DNA of 23,038 nucleotides, taken from NCBI GenBank assembly GCA_046581755.1, contig JAYGFR010000242.1:1-23038 (forward strand), in the 5' to 3' direction. The stretch comes from Nitrospinota bacterium. GTDB taxonomy: Bacteria > UBA8248. Shown here piece after piece: positions 1 through 10,949 of the stretch. Within the stretch, counting starts at the first letter, position 1, and the number at the start of each line of letters is the position of its first letter. A model generated the notes under the pieces. That model was not told the DNA's origin and made no database searches. It saw only the letters and a list, made by a program, of their open reading frames with translations. A program made the position numbers and the translations under genes.

Positions 1-1
1 C

Positions 2-2581
<2,580 letters not shown>

Positions 2582-2662
2582 GTCCCCTGAATTCGAAACG
2601 CAAGAAACCCAAGAGCGAAGGCGCGAGCCTCAAAAACGCTTCTTTGCCTCGCTGCACCGTTT

Positions 2663-3072
2663 TTAGAATCTATCCGGACCCCCCCTTTGCCGCCGTTCAA
2701 AACCGCCGTCCGCCAATTTTCCGAGCCGGATCGCCAATCCCCGGAGCTGGCGGGAGAGCACAAGAATGTTTTGATCGCCCTTCGTTCCGCTAGCGGAGGG
2801 AAGCCGTTTTGCGGTGGCGTCGATTTTTTTGGCTAGGTCGGATATTTCGTCGAAGACGATGTCGCTGGCAAACCCCAGGAACGGAGTGAGCACGATGAAT
2901 TTGACCAGCCCCTCGCAGGCCTCCCCCGTCGGGGCCATGACATCTGCCACCTCGGCCGCCTCGGTCTCCTGGGCCTGAGTTCTTTCCGGGATGACGGCGG
3001 CGCCGGTAAAAAAAGAAGAAAAAAACAAACTCCGCCCATGCGGACGAGCGTCCCTCGACGGTTGCGTGCCAT
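2663..3072 (-). pseudogene. secreted alpha-helical hypothetical protein (~136 aa) split by a 1-nt frameshift in T7 tracts
   Basis: Strong SD (GAGGAGAGG) before ATG at 3072, then signal-peptide-like MARNRRGTLVRMGGVCFFLLF. Adding one T in the A7 tracts (+ strand 3008-3014 or 3019-3025) joins it to FTGAAVIPERTQA|QETEAAEVADVM...GPDRF*. The span is 410 nt; +1 nt gives 137 codons. Confidence 0.6.
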
Positions 3073-3361
3073 TGCCTCTCCTCGTTCGCCTGCGGTGATC
3101 CGAAATGTTCACGGGGCCCGAAATTCGGCGTTGCCGCATCCGCGCGCGGCCCGGCCGCCAAGAATGACCCCGATTCAGGGGAAGACCATAGAGCCCTTTA
3201 AATTCCCCGGCAACATCCACCCGCCCGCTTCTTTGTCCGGGGCGGCGGCATGAATTCGCCATCAAAATCACCCTTTCGCCAACCCCTTGAAAAGGGCGGC
3301 GAAACGGCGGCCGAAACCCTGTCTAAATCCTTGTTTCCCATGCCATAACAACCCGTGTTTG

Positions 3362-3370
3362 TGGTATATT
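3362..3370 (+). promoter_or_regulatory. extended -10 promoter for gyrA (TG-G-TATATT)
   Basis: TGnTATAtT in an AT-rich patch about 110 nt upstream of the gyrA ATG; no clear -35. Confidence 0.5.
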
Positions 3371-3480
3371 GAATCATTGTAATATCGCCTGCCCAGTTCC
3401 GCTCCAGGCGATTGCATTCAACAACCCATTCACGCTAAAAACTCCGGGCACGGGCCGGGGGCAAGGAAAAATTCGGAACC

Positions 3481-5904
3481 ATGGACAACCTTCGCGACAT
3501 TAACATTAAAGAGGAAATGGGCACGTCGTTCATGGAGTATGCCATGAGCGTCATCATCGCCCGGGCCCTGCCGGATGTCCGGGACGGGCTCAAGCCGGTC
3601 CATCGGCGGATTCTGTTCACGCTGCGCGATCTGGGCCTGAACCATACGAAGGCGTTCCGTAAATGCGCCAAAATTGCCGGCGATGTCAGCGGCAACTACC
3701 ACCCGCATGGCGAGGCGGTGGTTTATCCCGCCCTGGCGCGGATGGCCCAAAGTTTTTCGATGCGCGGGGTTCTGGTCGATGGCCAGGGAAACTTCGGATC
3801 CGTCGATGGCGATCCCCCCGCAGCCATGCGCTACACTGAAGCGCGCATGACCGAGATAGCCGAGTTCCTGCTCACCGACATCGAAAAAGAAACCGTCGAT
3901 TTCGTCGATAATTACGATAACACGCGAAAAGAGCCCTCGGTCCTTCCTTCGCGGATTCCGAACCTCCTCCTGAACGGATCGACCGGCATCGCGGTCGGCA
4001 TGGCTACGAACATCCCCCCGCATAATCTGGGCGAGCTGTGCGAAGCGTTGTTCCTGGTGCTCGGCGACGAGAACATATCGCTCGACAAGATCATCAAGGT
4101 GCTGCCGGGGCCGGATTTTCCAACGGCCGGGATCATATACGGGCAGCAGGGAATCCGGGAGTACTACGAAACGGGCCGGGGCCATCTGCAGCTTCGCGCG
4201 AAGGCGAACATGGAGATCGAGGATCGGACGGGCCGGCAGCGGATCGTTATTTCCGAGATTCCCTATACGGTAAACAAGGCGCGCCTGATCGAAAAAATTG
4301 CCGATCTGGTGCGCGACGGCCGGATCAAGGAAATATCGGATATTCGCGACGAAAGCGATCGAAGCGGGATGCGCGTCGTGGTCGAACTGAAGCGCGATGC
4401 GGTGGGAGGCGCCGTGCTGAACCGGCTCTACAAGCACACCCAGATGCAGAACACCTTCAGCGTCATCATGATCGCGCTAGTGAACAACCAGCCCCGCGTC
4501 ATGCCGATTCTGGAGATCATGAGGCAGTTTCTCCGTTTCCGCCGGGAGATACTCCTTCGCAGGACCCGCTTCGATCTCAAGAAAACCGAGGAACGGGCGC
4601 ACATCCTCGAAGGCTACCGGATTGCCCTCGATAAAATCGATGCGGTGATCAGGCTCATCCGGGCAAGCAAGACACCCGACATCGCCCGCGAGGGCCTGAT
4701 GGGCAATTTCTCCCTCTCGCGGATCCAGGCCCAGGCGATTCTCGACATGCGCCTCCAGCGCCTCACCGGGCTGGAGCGGGAAAAAATCGAGGCGGAATAC
4801 AAGGGGCTCCGGAAATCGATCAAGTTTTTCCTCCGGATACTGAAAGAGGAAAAATTGCAGACTCAGATTATCCGGGAAGAGATCGAGGAAATCCAAAAGA
4901 AATTCGCCGACGAGCGCCGCACCAAGATCGTAGACGAGTCCGGAGAAATCGCCCTTGAAGACATGATCGTAGAAGAAGACATGGCGGTCACGATCTCGAA
5001 TTCGGGCTACATCAAGCGAAACGCCGTCGGCCTGTACCGTTCCCAGCGCCGCGGGGGCAAGGGCGTCGTGGGAATGAACACCAAGCAGGAGGATTTCGTC
5101 GAGCATCTGTTCATCGCCTCGACCCACGACTACTTCCTCTTCTTCTCGAGCGTCGGGCGGTGCTACTGGCTCAAGGTCCACGAGATACCGCAGGCGGGCC
5201 GGGCGGCGCGCGGAAAGGCCGTGATCAATGTGCTCCACCTTTCGGCGGGCGAGAAGATCACGGCGGTCCTGCCGGTGCGCAAGTTCGAGCCGGATCGCTA
5301 TGTCTCCATGGCCACCCGGAAGGGCATCATCAAGAGGACCGAACTCACCGCCTTCAGCCGTCCCCGCGTCGGCGGGATCATCGCACTGGGCCTGGACCGC
5401 GACGACGAGCTGATCGGCGTCGGCCAGACGGACGGGACGCGCGAAATTTTCATCGGGACCCGGCTCGGCAAGGCCATCCGCTTTCCCGAAAGCGCCGTGC
5501 GCTCGATGGGCCGGACGGCGCGCGGGGTTCGCGGCATCAATCTCGGGAAAGGCGACGTGGTCGTCGGGATGGAGATCGTCTCTCCGGGCGACACCATTTT
5601 GACGGCGACCGAACTGGGCTTCGGGAAGCGCAGCCTGGTCGACGCCTACCGCATCACCAACCGGGGCGGGAGGGGCGTCATCAATCTCAAGGTGACCCGG
5701 AAAAACGGAGAGGTGATCGGAATCCGCAGGGTTAGCGGAGAGGACGAATTCATGCTGATCACCGCCGGGGGCAAGATGATCCGATCCAGAGCAAAAGACG
5801 TTTCGGTCATCGGCCGCTCCACCCAGGGCGTTCGCCTGATCGGGGTGTCGGGAAGCGACCGGGTGGCGGCGCTGGGCCGAATCGAGGAAAACGGAAGCAG
5901 TTAG
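3481..5904 (+). CDS. gyrA: DNA gyrase subunit A
   Basis: [29 protein letters not shown], catalytic AAMRYTE, GyrA-box QRRGGKG (distinguishes it from ParC) and beta-pinwheel repeats. Confidence 0.97.
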   Translation: MDNLRDINIKEEMGTSFMEYAMSVIIARALPDVRDGLKPVHRRILFTLRDLGLNHTKAFRKCAKIAGDVSGNYHPHGEAVVYPALARMAQSFSMRGVLVDGQGNFGSVDGDPPAAMRYTEARMTEIAEFLLTDIEKETVDFVDNYDNTRKEPSVLPSRIPNLLLNGSTGIAVGMATNIPPHNLGELCEALFLVLGDENISLDKIIKVLPGPDFPTAGIIYGQQGIREYYETGRGHLQLRAKANMEIEDRTGRQRIVISEIPYTVNKARLIEKIADLVRDGRIKEISDIRDESDRSGMRVVVELKRDAVGGAVLNRLYKHTQMQNTFSVIMIALVNNQPRVMPILEIMRQFLRFRREILLRRTRFDLKKTEERAHILEGYRIALDKIDAVIRLIRASKTPDIAREGLMGNFSLSRIQAQAILDMRLQRLTGLEREKIEAEYKGLRKSIKFFLRILKEEKLQTQIIREEIEEIQKKFADERRTKIVDESGEIALEDMIVEEDMAVTISNSGYIKRNAVGLYRSQRRGGKGVVGMNTKQEDFVEHLFIASTHDYFLFFSSVGRCYWLKVHEIPQAGRAARGKAVINVLHLSAGEKITAVLPVRKFEPDRYVSMATRKGIIKRTELTAFSRPRVGGIIALGLDRDDELIGVGQTDGTREIFIGTRLGKAIRFPESAVRSMGRTARGVRGINLGKGDVVVGMEIVSPGDTILTATELGFGKRSLVDAYRITNRGGRGVINLKVTRKNGEVIGIRRVSGEDEFMLITAGGKMIRSRAKDVSVIGRSTQGVRLIGVSGSDRVAALGRIEENGSS

Positions 5905-5907
5905 CCG

Positions 5908-7497
5908 GTGGAATTCAACGTGCCTGAGATGGTTTATCGATTTTCGAAACTCGCCGCCGGAAATGCTATATCCAGGCGCAAATCCGGGCGCGTGTCCCGG
6001 CGCCCGATGTGCGTATTCTCGTGCCTTGCCGCCGCCCTAGCGGTTTCGGGGTGCGTGGCGGCGGCAAGAGCCCCGGGTCCTTCCCCCCGGGCGGAGCGCC
6101 TCACCGCCGTCCGGCCGCCTCGCGCGAAACCCGCGAAAGCTCAAGCCGAAACGTCTGCGCCCGCCCCTTCGCTGCGGACACCCGCCGATCGTTCCGGTGA
6201 AGCCGATCGCTCCAATAAAAAAAAGGCGATCGCCGAGAGCGAAAAAGGAGAGCGGGCCTACCGGAACGGTTACTACATATCGGCCGAGCGCCATTTCCGC
6301 GAGGCATTGCGGCTCTCGCCGGGAGGCCTCTATGCCATGACCGGCCTGGGCTGGACTTTGTACGATTCCAGCCGCCCGGCCCGGGCTTTCCGGATATTTC
6401 AAAAAACCCACAAACTGTTTCCCGGCGACGGAAGCGTGCGGCGCGGACTGGGGTATCTGTATTTCTGGTACGGCCGGAGGGCTGAGGCCAAAAATCTTCT
6501 CGGCTCGCTCGACAAGAAACGCTGGCCCGAGCTTGCGAATATCGAGGATGAGCTCAGGGAAAGAATACTGAAGGGCCTGCCCCTGCCCCGCTTTCCGGGA
6601 GATCGGAAAGAAGCGAAAATGAAAAGCCGGAACAAAAAGACGGCGGGATTTTTTGATTTCCTGTTGCCCCCCCCGTCCGATTCCAAGACCGAGGAGAGCC
6701 GGATTCCGGAGAGCCTGATGGAATTTCTCGGGATAGTTCCACCCAAAAAGATCGGGAAGAAAAGCCCTCCGGCCCCGCCCCCCGGGCGCGAGGCTTCCGC
6801 CGCTCCCGCCCGCCGCGCGGGGGCCGCGTTCCGCGAGCGCCCCCCCCCGTTTCGGACGATGGCGGAGATTCCCGAAGGGGCGCTCTTGCACGACGATTCG
6901 GCCATATGGGTCCGGGCATTCCGGATCGACAGGCTGGAGGTGACCAACGCCTTGTATGCCGCCTTCGTCCGGGAAGGCGGGGCGCCCGAGCCCCCGTTTT
7001 TGAAGAAGCCCCGCTTTGTCGGCCCCCACCTTCCGGTCGTGGGCGTCACCTGGCATGAGGCGCGGGCCTATTGTAAATGGGCGGGCAAGCGCCTTCCGAC
7101 CGAGGTGGAATGGGAGTTCGCCGCGCGGAGCGGCGGCAAGGAAGTTCTGTATCCATGGGGCAATAAATTCTCCGGGCGAAATGCCGTGTTCGGGCTCCGG
7201 CCCGACCGGGGCGGCCCCAAGGCCGTCGGGCGGCATCCGGGTGGCGCGAGCGCGCAGGGCGTCGAGGATATGTCCGGCAACGTCTGGGAGTGGGTCGAGA
7301 ATAAATTCCGGCTCGCGGGGGACAAGGCGCCGGTCGTCCGCGAAAAGATTACCTACCGGACGCTGCGCGGAGGCTCCTGGGTCAACGGCCGGTGGGCGTT
7401 GTCCGTGTTCGGGCGGACCGGTGACTTTCCCGGCCGGAGGCTTCCGGTGTACGGCTTCCGGTGCGCCGCCGATTCCCCCGCGAAGGGGGTGAATTGA
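5908..7497 (+). CDS. putative lipoprotein with TPR region and C-terminal FGE-sulfatase (SUMF1-like) domain
   Basis: Lipobox-like LAVSG-C (Cys codon 6052-6054); TPR-like helices (AERHFREALRLSP..AMTGLGWTLY; RRGLGYLY); FGE-fold motifs EVTN, PVVGVTW, RLPTEVEWE, YPWG, DMSGNVWEW, RGGSW, GFRC. Start uncertain (5908, 5929 or 6007). Confidence 0.85.
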   Translation: MEFNVPEMVYRFSKLAAGNAISRRKSGRVSRRPMCVFSCLAAALAVSGCVAAARAPGPSPRAERLTAVRPPRAKPAKAQAETSAPAPSLRTPADRSGEADRSNKKKAIAESEKGERAYRNGYYISAERHFREALRLSPGGLYAMTGLGWTLYDSSRPARAFRIFQKTHKLFPGDGSVRRGLGYLYFWYGRRAEAKNLLGSLDKKRWPELANIEDELRERILKGLPLPRFPGDRKEAKMKSRNKKTAGFFDFLLPPPSDSKTEESRIPESLMEFLGIVPPKKIGKKSPPAPPPGREASAAPARRAGAAFRERPPPFRTMAEIPEGALLHDDSAIWVRAFRIDRLEVTNALYAAFVREGGAPEPPFLKKPRFVGPHLPVVGVTWHEARAYCKWAGKRLPTEVEWEFAARSGGKEVLYPWGNKFSGRNAVFGLRPDRGGPKAVGRHPGGASAQGVEDMSGNVWEWVENKFRLAGDKAPVVREKITYRTLRGGSWVNGRWALSVFGRTGDFPGRRLPVYGFRCAADSPAKGVN

Positions 7498-7558
7498 TCG
7501 TATTTCCCCGCGATCCCGGCGCCAGTTCGCCGGATGAGCCGGATGGAGGAAAAAAGGC

Positions 7559-8080
7559 ATGGCAGTGAAGAAATGGATTTTGTTGGTTTTGTTGATTTCG
7601 TTCCCGCTTCTCGGCGTCTCGCCTCGCGAAAGCGCAGCCCAGGCGGGGCCGGGTGTCCAGGCTCCCCGGCCCGCTCCCCGGTCAGCGCCGTCCGGGACGA
7701 TAGCGCCCGTGGCCCCCGCTCCCTGGCCCGCCGCGCCGGCTCCGATGGTCAGGCTGCCCCAAGCCCAGCGGCCCCTCGACCTGGTGGTCACGGTCACAAT
7801 GGGCAACGGCACGGCCGAAACGTTTTCGCGCGAGATCGACACGATGGAGATCGTTACGCTTCCGAGCGGCCGCGTCGATACGATTCACCTGATCTTGGTC
7901 TTCGGCGGAGAGCGGAACACGCACGTCTGGTACAACTACTCCAGCGTCGCCAAACTGAGCTACCGGTTTGTGACCCGGGAGGGGCGCGACAAGGTGAAGG
8001 TCCGGATCGTTCAGCCCTCGAAACCCTCGCGCGAGCTCACGGATCGCATCGACCCGATCGGCCCCCGGGACTACCGCTGA
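7559..8080 (+). CDS. secreted hypothetical protein with Pro/Ala-rich linker and small beta-rich domain
   Basis: SD GGAGG upstream; signal peptide MAVKKWILLVLLISFPLLG...AAQA; globular-looking C-terminal half. Confidence 0.75.
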   Translation: MAVKKWILLVLLISFPLLGVSPRESAAQAGPGVQAPRPAPRSAPSGTIAPVAPAPWPAAPAPMVRLPQAQRPLDLVVTVTMGNGTAETFSREIDTMEIVTLPSGRVDTIHLILVFGGERNTHVWYNYSSVAKLSYRFVTREGRDKVKVRIVQPSKPSRELTDRIDPIGPRDYR

Positions 8081-8109
8081 GAATCCCCTTCCGATGAAAG
8101 GCTCCCGGA

Positions 8110-9003
8110 ATGACCGGTAAGGGCTACGCCAACCCGGATCTCGTCTGGACCCCGGAGGAGCTGAAAAACCGCATCGACGCGCAAAAGAACGGCGATCTGA
8201 TCCTGATCGACGCCCGGCCCGCTCCCGACTGGAGCCAGGGGCATATCGAGGGCGCCGCCCATCTGGACATCTACGGCATTTCCCTTAACGATACGCGCCC
8301 TCAGGCCCTGGCGGCGTTCACCTGGATGCTGGCCTACCTCATGGAAATCCGGGGGGTGGACTACGGAAAGACCGTCGTTTTCTACGAGAATTCGACCGGC
8401 TTTCGCGCGGCGCGCGGGTTCTGGTTTCTCGAATATCTGGGCCATGAAGACGTGCACGTCCTGGACGGCGGGCTAAACGCCTGGAAGGAGGCCGGCTTTC
8501 CGGTGACGAACGAGGCCTGGCCCATGGCGCAGAGCGCTCAGTATCCCGGCCCCGCGAGCGGCAAGCGCATCGTCCGCACGAGCTTCGCCAGCCACCTCAA
8601 GGAGCCCGACCGGGGGCGAATCGCCACCGTGGACGATATTCTGGCCCGCCTCGATTATCCCGATACGGTGATCCACGATACCCGGAGTGCGGGCGAGTAC
8701 TACGCCGAAAACGTCCGGGCGGCCAGAGGCGGGGCCATCCCCGGCTCCCGGCATCTCGAATGGCTGGAGTTCGTGGGCGAGGACGGCTCTCTCCGGCCGG
8801 CCAGTGAGCTCAGCGCCATGGTGGAGAGCCTGGGATGCACGAAGGAGAAGGAAATCATTCCGCTCTGCCAGGGAGGTTACCGCTCCGCCCATGCCTATCT
8901 GGTTTACCGGCTGCTCGGATATGCCCGGGTGCGGAATTACCTCGGCTCGTGGAAAGAGTGGGGGGACCGCCCCGACCTGCCCATCGAGGTTCCTGTGCGC
9001 TAG
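8110..9003 (+). CDS. tandem-domain sulfurtransferase (rhodanese / TST-MST family)
   Basis: DAR..GHIEGA, VLDGGLNAW, DTR..EY, GGAIPGS, active-site loop CQGGYR, C-terminal YLGSWKEW. Confidence 0.93.
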   Translation: MTGKGYANPDLVWTPEELKNRIDAQKNGDLILIDARPAPDWSQGHIEGAAHLDIYGISLNDTRPQALAAFTWMLAYLMEIRGVDYGKTVVFYENSTGFRAARGFWFLEYLGHEDVHVLDGGLNAWKEAGFPVTNEAWPMAQSAQYPGPASGKRIVRTSFASHLKEPDRGRIATVDDILARLDYPDTVIHDTRSAGEYYAENVRAARGGAIPGSRHLEWLEFVGEDGSLRPASELSAMVESLGCTKEKEIIPLCQGGYRSAHAYLVYRLLGYARVRNYLGSWKEWGDRPDLPIEVPVR

Positions 9004-9515
9004 CTTCTCACGTAGGGCGAGATGGCCTGGGCCAGGATCCCCGCCGTCGGCGGCATCCAACAGACCGAGAGCGCGCGCACGAGAAAAAAATCTCCCCCCA
9101 TAACCGGAATCTCGTAAACGATTGCCCGGAACGGCCCGAACAGGGCGACCCCGGTCAGGAGGGTCACGAGGGGGCCGATTCCCGCTCCCCCCTTCAGGAG
9201 ACCCGCCACCATCGGATAGATCACCCAGGGGGCGCCGAAAGGGATGCTGAATCCGGCGGCCCATCCGAGGGCGATTCCCTTCCAGCCGGATCGGGCCGAA
9301 AGCCACTCTTCGATCAGTTCCTTGGGGAGGATTTCGGGCAAAACCGCTCCGATCAGAAAGCCGAGCACCATCTTCGGAAGAATTCCGGTGAACAGGCCCC
9401 AGGCGTTTCCCGCCGCGGAGAGGGGAAGCATGGACGATTTGTAAAATGAAATGGTGTAGAGAATGATGACAATACCCAACAGGACGAATGTCGTTTTGTC
9501 GGTGAAGCTGGACAT
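9000..9515 (-). CDS. small predicted permease (DUF318/ArsP-like half-size membrane protein)
   Basis: Several hydrophobic segments; GFLIGAVLPEILPKELIEEWL..SGWKG and P..PWVIYPMVAGLLKGGAGIGPLV pattern; SD GGAGGG upstream. Confidence 0.75.
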   Translation of the reverse strand: MSSFTDKTTFVLLGIVIILYTISFYKSSMLPLSAAGNAWGLFTGILPKMVLGFLIGAVLPEILPKELIEEWLSARSGWKGIALGWAAGFSIPFGAPWVIYPMVAGLLKGGAGIGPLVTLLTGVALFGPFRAIVYEIPVMGGDFFLVRALSVCWMPPTAGILAQAISPYVRS

Positions 9516-9554
9516 CGGGATGTTCCCTCCGGTGGGGGCGCGGCGGCATGGCCG

Positions 9555-9611
9555 GTTCGGCTTGTTTCCCGCGCTTTATTTCATTCGATTGGGCGAATTT
9601 TCAAGCCGAAC
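9555..9611. repeat. perfect 10-bp inverted repeat (GTTCGGCTTG / CAAGCCGAAC) in the permease-truD divergent spacer
   Basis: 9555-9564 is the reverse complement of 9602-9611; the right arm abuts the truD ATG. Confidence 0.7.
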
Positions 9612-10949
9612 ATGATCGATTCGAGTGCATATCGAAAAGGATGTTACCTGACTCAAGCCCTTCCGGGAACGGGCGGCCGCCTGCGCGTGGAGCCGGAGGA
9701 TTTCCTCGTCGACGAGATTCCGCTCGCCCCGCCCGAGGGGGTGGGTGAGCACCTGTACGTGCGAGTGGAAAAGCGGCGTCTTTCGACCTTGGATGCGGTC
9801 AGGTCCATCGCCCGAATCCTGGAGGTCAAAGAAAGCGCGGTCGGCTACGCCGGCATGAAGGATGCGCGCGCGGTCACGCGGCAGTGGCTGTCCGTCCAGG
9901 CGCAGGGTGCGGCCGTGGAGCGGAAGCTGGGGCGCTTGAACAAGGGCGGCGAGAAGGCCCTGCGGGTGCTGGAGGTCCGCCGGGGCCGGGCCAAGCTTCG
10001 CCGGGGGGCCCTGGCCGGAAACCGGTTCGATATCCGGGTGCGCGATGTCCTGCCCGCCGCCGCCGGGCGGGCGCGGGCGGTTTTGGAGGTTCTGGCCGCC
10101 CGTGGGGTCCCGAACGCGTTTGGCGATCAAAGGTTCGGGGCGCTGGGGACCTCCGCCATGGTGGGTGGCGCGCTCGCGCTCGGGGAGTGGGGCCTGGCCG
10201 TCGATTATCTTCTCGGCGCCTCCGGCGCGGCATCGGAGGGCGGCGATCCGGGCGATCTAATCACAGAGGCGGTCTGGCGGTTCAGGGCCGGCGACCTGGA
10301 AGGCGCGCTGGCGGTTTATCCGGGCGGATGGCGGGCGGAGCGCCGTGTGCTGGCTGCCCTGATCGGTGGCGCGGCGGCCAAAAAAGCCGTTCGCGCGCTT
10401 CCGCGCAGGGAGAGAATGCTTTTCGCCTCCGCCTTCCAGGCCGCGATATTCAACTGTTGTCTAACGCGGCGGCTCGCCGACGGTACCCACGACCGCATCC
10501 TGGCGGGCGATGTGGTGGTGAGCCACCGAAGCGGAAGCGTCCGGAGGGTCGGAGGCCCGGAGAAGGACGCCGATGCCCTGGCCCGCTTCGAGGTGAGTCC
10601 GGCTGGCCCCCTCATCGGAGAGAAAACGATGGAGGCCAGGGGCGTGCCGGGCGAAATGGAAGCGGCGGTTCATGCGTCTTTCGGCCTCGAGCCCGGGGCG
10701 GCGGACCGGGGCCTTGGCCGGATGGGCGCGCGCGGCGGCAGGAGGCCCTACCGGGCGAATGTGGGCGCTCCCGAGGCCATCGAGGAAGGCGCCGATTTGC
10801 GAATTCGCTTCGATCTCCCGCCGGGCGCTTACGGCACCGAAGTCCTGCGTGAGACAATGAAGGTGGAACCGCCCGTGGAAGCGAGATATGATTTCGAGAA
10901 GTCGAATCGGGGCGGTTCGCCCCGGCAGGAATCCGGAGGAGATCGATGA
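9612..10949 (+). CDS. truD: tRNA pseudouridine(13) synthase TruD
   Basis: PEDFLVDE, GEHLY, GYAGMKD (catalytic Asp), AVTRQWLS, GNRFDIRVR, PNAFGDQRFG, FDLPPGAYGT. Confidence 0.95.
   Translation: MIDSSAYRKGCYLTQALPGTGGRLRVEPEDFLVDEIPLAPPEGVGEHLYVRVEKRRLSTLDAVRSIARILEVKESAVGYAGMKDARAVTRQWLSVQAQGAAVERKLGRLNKGGEKALRVLEVRRGRAKLRRGALAGNRFDIRVRDVLPAAAGRARAVLEVLAARGVPNAFGDQRFGALGTSAMVGGALALGEWGLAVDYLLGASGAASEGGDPGDLITEAVWRFRAGDLEGALAVYPGGWRAERRVLAALIGGAAAKKAVRALPRRERMLFASAFQAAIFNCCLTRRLADGTHDRILAGDVVVSHRSGSVRRVGGPEKDADALARFEVSPAGPLIGEKTMEARGVPGEMEAAVHASFGLEPGAADRGLGRMGARGGRRPYRANVGAPEAIEEGADLRIRFDLPPGAYGTEVLRETMKVEPPVEARYDFEKSNRGGSPRQESGGDR

Noticed and set aside
2663..3271. 202-aa ORF taken as a complete gene
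   Set aside because: The first ~85 aa look non-coding and lack an SD; only the C-terminal part looks protein-like and is better explained by the frameshifted gene starting at 3072.
3430..5238. Long antisense ORFs within gyrA (335 and 253 aa), and similar ones within truD, the amidase, the SPFH gene and mutY
   Set aside because: Codon-bias shadows opposite well-supported genes.
7530..7546. GCCGGATG twice, resembling the start of enterobacterial REP sequences
   Set aside because: The rest of the REP consensus and its palindrome are missing; likely chance in GC-rich DNA.
6037..7842. 601-aa antisense ORF
   Set aside because: Shadow of two motif-supported + strand genes in GC-rich DNA; low-complexity G/R/P/A composition.
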